Shown: positions 1 through 7,883 of the stretch, one piece after another
How positions within the stretch are numbered: the stretch's first letter is position 1
How the letters are laid out: the number at the start of each line of letters is the position of its first letter
NCBI GenBank assembly: GCA_965233585.1
Contig: CBDDTI010000684.1
Span: 1-10,520 of the forward strand
DNA from: a bacterium
Lineage (GTDB): Bacteria > SAR324 > NAC60-12
DNA: 10,520 bases
Reading direction: 5' to 3'
Notes under the pieces: generated by a model
What the model was told of the DNA's origin: nothing
The model's input: the letters and a program-made list of their open reading frames with translations, nothing else
The model's database searches: none
Translations under genes and position numbers: made by a program

Positions 1-464
1 AACCTCGCTCCTGCATATTAATAAATCTAAGCTCCGCCTTTTAGAAAAAAACCAATGTTTCGCTTCATTTAAGCATAAAACTCAGTGACAGCTGTGAAAC
101 TGAATGGTGGTCGATTTTTTAAATATAAAACAAGATAAGAACTTTTGCATCGAGTTATGAGCAAAAGGACAACGTAAAAACTAGGTACGCTCGCAAGTAA
201 AAAGCACGGGATAAATAACTAAAGAAAGTTAACGGACAATAAAATTTATCGTTTGCTCACTTAGCTTATTTAAGCTGACTCCCATAAACGAAGGCTAACA
301 TTTTACGGTACAGCAAGTTTTATTTTAAAAGTATTTAATGAAAGCAAAAACAAAAAGCAAGAGGCAAAAGAAATTACATAGTCAAAGGCTGACACAAACA
401 GGGCTTGGCAACCGATCAAAGGAACTGGCAAAACAACTTAACAGTTCCCAACGACTCAAAGACC

Positions 465-1014
465 TCAACGACACAAATATTGCCCCCTGTTGTTTAAAAG
501 AACGCCATCCGAAGCCAAGAAATTATAACTTGCCTTCCAAAAACCTCTGTGATCCCAATAAATGGCGTATTGGATCGGTTCTAATACCACCCGAAGGTAA
601 CGCATTAAAATGTCAACGTTTCTGCTAAACGATATCGCCGGACGACGACGAACAGTTTGGCATATACACAAATAAACTGAACGTCATATGAATCACACAG
701 CAAGCAGACGAAATCCTCAAGATCAGAACCCACTGGCAAAGGAGGGCGAAACGACAAATCATTCGTGCCAACTTGCACAATAACAATGTCAGGGGGGACA
801 GATTGCACAACATGCAGACCATGACGGATTGTCTTGGCCATTGTAAGCTCTCCAAGGTCCTCCAAAGCCATGCCAAATGCTGGCAGCTGGATCCTTTATT
901 TCAAACGCAAAAATCTAAATCCCTAGGGTTGCGTTGAATGAAATCTCGTAAACGACGAATGAAAGAATGACCCAGAGCTAAAACGCGGAGTGTAAGTGTG
1001 CTGCGTGTAGCCAT
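465..1014 (-). pseudogene. Frameshifted SGNH/GDSL-family hydrolase, probably the accessory ORF of a retroelement (Ngaro/DIRS-type, or LINE ORF1 esterase)
   Basis: Manual translation from ATG at 1014 gives MATRSTLTLRVLALGHSFIRRLRDFI (block I). After frameshifts come WHGFGG (block II), PDIVIVQVGTNDL (block III, ORF 605..871) and LASDGVLLNNRGQY (block V, ORF 465..671, catalytic His replaced by Leu). Blocks are in the correct order with several frame breaks. Confidence 0.85.
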
Positions 1015-1536
1015 AACTATCGCCGATAAAATAAAATAAGGAAGGCAGTTATGTCAAAGGAGAAAGTTAACGAGACAGACAGCAAGCTTAATAAACAGTA
1101 AAATATAGATAGAGAGAACTTGCCTGAAAAAGTTTCGACAAGCGACTTTAGAGTTGGAGTTCACAGGATGACGATAATTGCAGAAAGGGCCGGTTGTAAC
1201 AGATGACATAACTTTTAGTTACACCTCGGACACGTGCATTCTCCTGATTGGTCAGGAAACCTGAACCGGCAGACTGTTGAATAACAGGAAATGCCTCCCA
1301 CTAAAAGGACATTATGTTGTCAGTTCTTCAACATAATGTTTGCTTGGGTAGTGATACGCGAATCGAAGCTGTGTATTCTTGCATAAATTTGGCGAGCGTT
1401 ATCAAATAACGACGCGTAAAAGCCTCGTGGACGTCTCGCTCGTTTCAACATTTTTGTGTTAAAGGAAGTTTAAGCAACTGAATGGGTTTATGTGGTATTG
1501 ATCCTTTTATATCTTTTATTCTTATTCGAACGGATC

Positions 1537-1680
1537 GAAAATTACTCAAAGAGAACAAAAGGGAAGGATGTAGACCAAGACAAAACTCACAATTGGCCGA
1601 GTACACCTGGCCTCAAATCAGAAACAGAAGGTTTCATTATCGCTGCCCAATATCAATGCATCAAGACCAACTACTACCGA
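1537..1680 (+). mobile_element. Short fragment of an R4/Dong-like (RLE-type) non-LTR retrotransposon ORF, post-RT region
   Basis: YSKRTKGKDVDQDKTHNWPSTPGLKSETEGFIIAAQYQCIKTNYY matches the W-L...LKxETEGxIxAAQDQxxxTxxY motif that precedes the zinc knuckle in this group. Similarity stops abruptly at about 1681. Confidence 0.75.
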
Positions 1681-1696
1681 AGGCCTACTCTGGGAC

Positions 1697-1856
1697 CTTA
1701 AGTCGCCGTAACTTAAGGCGACTTTGGGCGATTTAAGGCGACTTCAGGCGACTTAAATGAAATTGGCAAAAAAATCATTGTGACTTTAGGCGATTTAAGG
1801 CGACTTAAGGCGAATTAAGGCGACTTAAGGCTACTTAAGGCGACTTAAAGCGATTT
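1697..1856. repeat. Two tandem arrays of the decamer ACTTAAGGCG plus one inverted copy
   Basis: About 4.5 units at 1711-1756 and about 7.5 units at 1782-1856; inverted unit CTTAAGTCGCC at 1697-1707. Confidence 0.95.
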
Positions 1857-2308
1857 TATTTGACTCAGGTAATAAAACCTAAAGTTAGCAAAGTCACTCC
1901 ATAAACTTCAAAAACATTCACAGAATGTCTCACAATAAACCAGTATTAGCTAATTACTCGTATTATGATAATTATCTTGCTTACTTTTGTATTGCTATAA
2001 GTCACCATAGTCTCAAATATCCCAATTTCAAACCATTTTAGCTAAAAATGGTTAGAGAATTACCACTACAGCTATTGCTCAATTATGATAATCAAAGCTA
2101 GTCACTAAATAGCCAGGAATCGACATGGTGACTTGTATATGCCTAGACTAATTATATCAAAATACGAAGCAACATCAAACGATACTATAAAAAAATATAA
2201 ATAGTGACAAAACATTTCAGTTTAAGAAAATAGAGATGATTTACAGAAAACTAATAAATTTTCCACAAAATAATTAAAGTGTCACAAGATTCTTTGCATG
2301 TGTTAAGC

Positions 2309-2622
2309 TTAATTAGTATATACTAAAACAGTGGATAGTGTTAAACGCGCGCGCTGATTGGCTCGTCAAACTCCGAATATCCTGTGCTATTTACCTCCGA
2401 GCGACTCAAGAGAAAATGGCGTCCCGGTATGCGGCCGTGACAAGTGAAGAAATCATCCAAATTAAGTTTTTGTGGTGTATATTATCTCACTGTTTTAGTA
2501 TATACTAAAACAACTATTCACCTCAGTGTCGGTGGCTAGCGTTGGATATTTACCTCGCCGCTTCGCGGCTCGGTAAATATCCACCACTAGCCACCTCCAC
2601 TTCGGTGAATAGTTGTTAATTA
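2309..2622 (+). mobile_element. Non-autonomous hairpin-ended element (possibly Crypton-like)
   Basis: Flanked by direct repeat TTAATTA (2309-2315, 2616-2622). Inverted repeat TAGTATATACTAAAACAGTG(A)GATA at 2314-2337 / 2483-2507. A 109-bp terminal hairpin at 2509-2617 has a TTC loop at 2562-2564. CTGATTGG box near 2354; vestigial ORF start MASRYAAVTSEEIIQI from 2416. The structure is seen directly; the family name is inference. Confidence 0.75.
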
Positions 2623-2778
2623 TTTCACAAAGCTTTGTTGCTTTGTGGCTCTTACTTGGCGTAGAAGACACATTTGGCATACAACAAGAGAAAATAAAAG
2701 GATAGGTTAGCAAGGCGGTGTTCTATTGTGATGTGCCCTGTGTTGACATCTTCTACACCGAGGAGCCTTCCCAAATAC

Positions 2779-2849
2779 TTTTACCAAGGTAACAATTTTT
2801 ATAATTATTTTTTATTATAATTATTATAAAAGTTGCTACCTTGGTAAAA
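2779..2849. repeat. 71-bp inverted repeat (27-bp arms, 2 mismatches, AT-only spacer)
   Basis: TTTTACCAAGGTAACAATTTTTATAAT (2779-2805) versus the reverse complement of 2823-2849, TTTTACCAAGGTAGCAACTTTTATAAT. Confidence 0.9.
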
Positions 2850-3430
2850 TTGTGTCCAAAATATATAGTAATTGTACCGTCGATTTTGGCATGGAAGTTT
2901 GGCAAATATGGCATGCCTTTCCAACAGCACCCATAGTTGCTTGGTACTTTCCAAGGACCCAACCAATTTGTTGTTCTCCTGCCTCTGTCAGAGAAAACAC
3001 CAATACCATTTTGCGAACCACGTGATAAGGTCCTTCGTGAGAAGACTTCCTTTTCCTTCGTAAGAAGTGACTTTCTTTCGTGTCTTCCCAACCACTTTTC
3101 TGGCTTCAGAAAACTTTGACGTCCTACTTATAGAAAACCGAATTTGATGTTCTATTTCCGCTGATCGGATCACCAGGACATACAATTAGTTCCAAGCTTT
3201 GACTTGGTTCAACCCCGCAGCGTATGACCTACAAAAAATGAAATAAGCTTTAAGTTTTGTGTTTGGGCCAGTGACAGTATTAAACAGCATATATTTAGTC
3301 CGCAGAAACTAAATACAAGTATCAGGAAGACTTTGACACAAACATCTATAAAATAGAGCTTATTAAAATACCTTCCAGCTGTCCAAAAATTATCGAGTTG
3401 CACCACGAAATTAGCTACGAACACTGCCTC

Positions 3431-3800
3431 CCGCCATTTTAATTCTCCCAGTAACCTTTGCGCCGCTATCTAGTTTCCATGCTTCGAAGTGAGGAGCGGG
3501 ACGCCTCACGAGTTTCCCTTTTTTTCGCCCGTACGGCGGAAAATTCGAGCTCTCCCGCCAAGTACGGCCATACTATCTGCTATAGCAAAAAACGTTCTTC
3601 ACTTTACCTCTAATTGTGTCGCCGGGACGATTTTTCTTTCCACAATACAAGCAGGTAGCCAGTCAATAGAAAATCTACTCCATGAGGAGGCACGTGAGTG
3701 GTGTTTTCATTGGAGCGGTCTCGTGAGTGTCTCGTGAGTATTTCAGTCACGGGATAAACAAAGTCACGTGATCAAATGTTAAACTGGCGGCCATGTTTGC
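3431..3800. promoter_or_regulatory. CpG-rich promoter-like segment, possibly bidirectional
   Basis: YY1-type CCGCCATTTT at 3431-3440; E-boxes CACGTG at 3691 and 3765; tandem GTCTCGTGAGT x2 at 3718-3739; E2F-like TTTCGCCC and CTCCCGCC. Outward-facing candidate splice donors at 4051 (+, GTAAGT) and about 3371 (-, AAG/GTATTT). Motif evidence only. Confidence 0.35.
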
Positions 3801-4465
3801 TGCTGAAAGTTTTTCTCAAAATAGATGAGGTCAGAAGAGGTTCATTCGTCTACGTTACATCAAACTAACGAAGATATATACGGAAAGACTGTCACAGTCT
3901 TAAGCTGGATAAATATTTATGCCTTTAGTAAGTTCGTTGATTTGCAAAGTTCGAACATGTACAGTTGGTCAATACGGTGGTGGAAACTTCAGCTTGTAGT
4001 GCAGGTTTATGCTGGAGAAATGACCCACTTTTGTCACTCTTTTACTCTGGGTAAGTAAAGTCTCTAAACTTTAGCTTCAGTTCAGTTCAACTGAATTTGG
4101 ATTACCGCATTTCTACTGCTCAATTTAATAGTGACTGGCAAGAATGTAGCTTTTCTCCAGAATACCTTTCTATTTTGTGTTTACTTTGATTACCCAGAAC
4201 CGTAGGTTTGATCTGATTCAGTAATATCTCGAAGAATAAATAAATAAATTATTGCAGCCACAGTCATTTGCTTTTTTTGTCATCAATCATATTTCTATTC
4301 ATTTCCTGGTGATAACAGAGTGTCAACCTTTTGATCAACTCATAGTGAAATACAAGACAAAATTAAGTAGGAGTATACATTGCCACAGAGACAGTATTGT
4401 TTGCAGGAATTAATCATGCCATTTAACACAGGGGAGTTTAACAGGTGCACAACTGTTATAACATG

Positions 4466-4673
4466 GGGTTTCCATGTATGTGGAAGCCATTGCCTACCTC
4501 ATATCAACTCGTACCCCATTGCAAGGTTTCTTCCCCCAGAGCACCTCCCAGGTTTACATCTGGGAGAGGGGGAAGGGCATTGTGAGAGTACAGTATCTTA
4601 CCCAAGAATACAATGGGTGATCCCTGCTAGAGGACAAAACTGGACTTCTTAATCATTCGGCTACCATGCCTCC
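4466..4673 (-). mobile_element. Old, degenerate tRNA-derived SINE (CORE/V-type central domain)
   Basis: Minus strand starts GGAGGCATGGTAGCCGAATGATTAAG (A-box-like head) and carries TGTATTCTTGGGTAAGATACTGTACTCTCACAATGCC, resembling the conserved SINE core TGTGTTCTTGGGCAAGACACTTxACTCTCACAGTGCC. Confidence 0.7.
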
Positions 4674-5662
4674 TCGTCTGATCCTTATGATATAAGCTGC
4701 GTTTACCTATTGTCTTGCATTATATCCTCCTTATGGGTACAATTTAAAACAAGGAAACCGTTATAACATTGTGTAATCAATATGGACTTAAGAGCTTCTT
4801 CCTGAGAGACCGGGGCAGACTTGGAAATGAAGGTCAGCCGATTTTGCTCAAAATCGATACACAAAGTCATTATGTGGAGCTATGTAATATGCCAGTTTTA
4901 GCTTCCTTTTTCCAGTCGAGTTCTAAATATCAGCCCCTCAAGGGTCCCCAGAGGCTGATTTTTAGTGCAATTTTGGCCACTTTTCAATCTCTCTTTGAGC
5001 GACGTACAATTAACTTCAGTCAAAAACAAAACCATATTTGTAATGCCCTATCCATAGGCTTTTATGGCTAAAAACATTAGTTCGCGAAAATTTTTCGTTA
5101 GGCTGTGGCTGTTATCACAACTTGGTCCTATTTGAAGCTTATGGAAAGCAACCGGAAATGGCCTGTTTTTGAGACCTTATATTTTCCATGCCCATGTTTT
5201 ATATCATGAAGTTTTAATATCCTTACAAAGTTAAGCCCTTGGTTTAGTAATGTCAAGAAAAAAATACTAAGGTTGAGGCTTTTTTACTAAGGAAAAACTT
5301 AAAAGAAGATGACTAACCAGGCCACTTCCGGTTAAAGTTTCAACAAAGCGTGCCGGTAAAAACCGGCTATTTAATTTGGATTAATGCCTTTTTTCTTTCT
5401 TTAGAGACTATGAAGCTTATTATAGCTGAAAAGACTTGCCGTTAATTAGAAATGTCCATGTGGTATTTTGGGCCCGATCAGATTTTGGTTCGGCAACGAT
5501 ACGGTTATAAATTACGTGGACCAGTTAATAACAACCTACCACTGCATCTTTTTTGGTCTAAACTGCAATATTATTATATCATGATAAGTGAATAGTCTGT
5601 GGCTCCAAGTAATAAAGCGCTAATTAAATCAGGAAATAAGAACGCTTTGTGGTAACATTTCG

Positions 5663-6176
5663 TATTATTATACATCAGACTCACTATGAAAAATCTGTTT
5701 GGTGGAGAGCATTCAATCAATTCACAATAGCTTGTGAACTTGACATGATAAATGCAATATCTGCTGCAGATGGGTTAAGGTTTTTAATGTTGCTTCACTT
5801 TCAAGGAATTCTAGGAAAGAGGCGTGCCTCCAACCAGAAATCAGGTAAACATTTATAGTAAGATAATTTATCCAGGAAGAGTGGGACTGTAATTAGCCAT
5901 AATCGCATGTATTTGAAATTTCCTAGTAGCTAGTCTCACGAGGGACGTTGTGATTGAATTAGAATGACTGCTAAGTTGTTTTCCTTCAGAAAATAAGTCC
6001 CAAATGGGTGTTTTATAATAAACAATTATTGGATGAGGTTGAGCATGAGATCATGAATTATCAAAACCTCGCGTCTGTGTTATCTGCCGAAGCCTTCGGC
6101 TTCGGCAGATAACACAGACCTCGGTTTTGATAATTCATGATATCATGCTCAACCTCATCCAATAATTGTTTATTAT
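5663..6176 (+). mobile_element. Second hairpin-ended non-autonomous element, rearranged internally
   Basis: Absent from the paralog, whose empty site reads CGTATTATAAAACACCC (minus strand, about 7218-7234). Bounded by direct repeat TATTAT (5663-5668, 6171-6176). Unique left end at 5669-5770 and terminal hairpin at about 6021-6170 with TTC loop at 6095-6097. Confidence 0.85.
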
Positions 6177-6420
6177 AAAACACCCATTTGGGACTTATTT
6201 TCTGAAGGAAAACAACTTAGCAGTCATTCTAATTCAATCACAACGTCCCTCGTGAGACTAGCTACTAGGAAATTTCAAATACATGCGATTATGGCTAATT
6301 ACAGTCCCACTCTTCCTGGATAAATTATCTTACTATAAATGTTTACCTGATTTCTGGTTGGAGGCACGCCTCTTTCCTAGAATTCCTTGAAAGTGAAGCA
6401 ACATTAAAAACCTTAACCCA
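5771..6420. repeat. 650-bp near-perfect palindrome with a 3-nt loop
   Basis: Checked base by base: 5771-6048 is the exact reverse complement of 6143-6420. The only defects are a mismatch at 6049, a TC/TC bubble at 6069-6070 / 6121-6122 and one bulged base at 6072. Confidence 0.98.
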
Positions 6421-6457
6421 GCGATAAAATCGATCACAAGTGCGTCGTTGCGAGTAA

Positions 6458-6647
6458 AAGACGGTCCGTTTTCCTCGCCAAGTCATTAGTCGCCAAGGAA
6501 TTAGTCTGGTTGCCACTATGGATCTGTGCTGACTAAGAAAGCAATAAATAAAAAATCCCGATAGAGAAAGGGAAAGTGTTGTTGTGAAACATTTTGTGGC
6601 AATTTAGTCAGACATTCAGCGACTTGGCGAGGAAAACGGACCGTCTT
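6458..6647. mobile_element. 190-bp MITE with 27-bp perfect terminal inverted repeats
   Basis: AAGACGGTCCGTTTTCCTCGCCAAGTC (6458-6484) and GACTTGGCGAGGAAAACGGACCGTCTT (6621-6647). No clean target-site duplication. Confidence 0.8.
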
Positions 6648-6899
6648 AGACGTCCCCAATTTATAATACCTAGGTCGTTTGCAGAGGGGACTGGGTATGA
6701 ATAAATATTCTGTACATAACATTATCCACCAGTTCTTCAGGTTCTCATGCAAGTTCTATACCTAATCATTCTCTGAAGTATCAATGAGATGAATCTTGAT
6801 GAGAAAAAACTGAAGTCAATCATAGCTAGCAAACTATACTGAAGTTGCCATATCACGACCTCAGCTCGTCACGTATGCATGAATCAACCTGAATTTTCA

Positions 6900-7659
6900 T
6901 TATTCGCAATGACGCAATAGCAACCAATTTATTGCTGGGTTAAGTCAAAGCTTTTAATGTCGCTTCACTTTCAAGGAATTGTAGATTAGGAGCATGCCTC
7001 TAAACCTGAAGCCAGGTAAGCATTTATAGTAAGAGAAAAATATCCGGACACTGTTTGCATATAGACTGGAAGAGTGGGATTGTAATTAACTACTGAATTG
7101 CATGCATTTGAAATTTCCTAAAAGTTCAAAGAGATTTTCAAGTAGTCTTACGAGAGACGTTGTGATTGCATTTAGAATGGCTGCCAAGTTATTTTCCTTC
7201 AGAAAAGAAGTCCCAAATGGGTGTTTTATAATACGAAATGTTTATATCGCAAAGCTTGCTTCCTGATTTAATTAGCGCTTCATTACTTGGAGCCACAGAT
7301 TTCTTATTCACGTATTATGATATAATAATATTGCAGTTTAGACCAAAAAAGATGCAGTGGTAGGTTGTTATTAACTGGCGAGTGATGGTTGTTAAGTATA
7401 CGATATATCCTTTTGTCACAGCCACTTCATATTATCCGTAATTTTCAAGACTACCTCCACGTAATTTACTGATAACCGTATTGTTGCCGAACCAAAATCT
7501 GATCAGGCCCAAAATACCACATGGACATTTCTAATTGACGGCAAGTCTTTTCGGTTATAATAAGCTTCAGCGTCTCTAAATCGTAACTTAGAAGAAGAAA
7601 AAAGGCATTAATCCAAATTAAATAGACGGTTTTTACTGACAAGCTTTGTTGAAACTTTA
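6900..7659 (-). repeat. Interspersed repeat copy 2, inverted and diverged relative to copy 1, cut off at the LINE tail
   Basis: Long shared blocks such as AATTAGAAATGTCCATGTGGTATTTTGGGCC and CCAGTTAATAACAACCTACCACTGCATC. Many substitutions and indels, including a segment at about 7379-7455 that copy 1 lacks. Confidence 0.92.
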
Positions 7660-7678
7660 GATAGATAGATAGATAGAT
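7658..7678. repeat. (TAGA)5 microsatellite forming the LINE 3' tail
   Basis: TAGATAGATAGATAGATAGAT next to the minus-strand AATAAA. Confidence 0.95.
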
Positions 7679-7883
7679 CACTTTATTTATACACGGTAAA
7701 TTCCACTCAGTCGTATATAAGCTAAAAATATCTACAAATGCAAAAATTAAAACTATATAATCATTATAAAAATATATACAAAGATTAAAAGCCTAATCTA
7801 AACAAACTAAGCTAACTACTTAATTAGAAACTGAAAATAAATGAAAATAAAAGTACGCTTTTCAGGGACGCCGTGTCATTAGT

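Larger units (their letters stand above)
4788..6457 (+). repeat. Interspersed repeat copy 1 (probable non-autonomous DNA transposon), interrupted by an insertion at 5669-6170
   Basis: 5333-5668 and 6171-6457 align colinearly with the reverse complement of 6900-7659. The left boundary is tentatively a TTAA at 4788-4791. Internal 16-bp inverted pair at 5150-5165 / 5318-5333. No credible coding signal. Confidence 0.65.

Noticed and set aside
338..876. ORFs 338..628 (+) and 625..876 (-)
   Set aside because: Antisense or off-frame shadows of the SGNH pseudogene.
1190..1530. Possible third CTGATTGG-containing element
   Set aside because: No terminal hairpin, inverted repeat or direct repeat found to delimit it.
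1697..1856. CRISPR-like array
   Set aside because: Head-to-tail decamers with no unique spacers, no cas genes and a eukaryotic context.
2988..3185. Faint resemblance of FSISRTSKFSEARKVV...EGKG to Crypton/DUF3504 recombinases, and of HEGPYHVVRK (another frame) to an integrase GPY/F motif
   Set aside because: Both are short, mutually incompatible and lack flanking catalytic motifs; not supportable without a profile search.
4380..7681. Short ORFs 4380..4652, 4769..5071, 5649..5858, 6516..6752 and 7466..7681
   Set aside because: They lie in or across non-coding repeats and element junctions, and show no recognisable domains.
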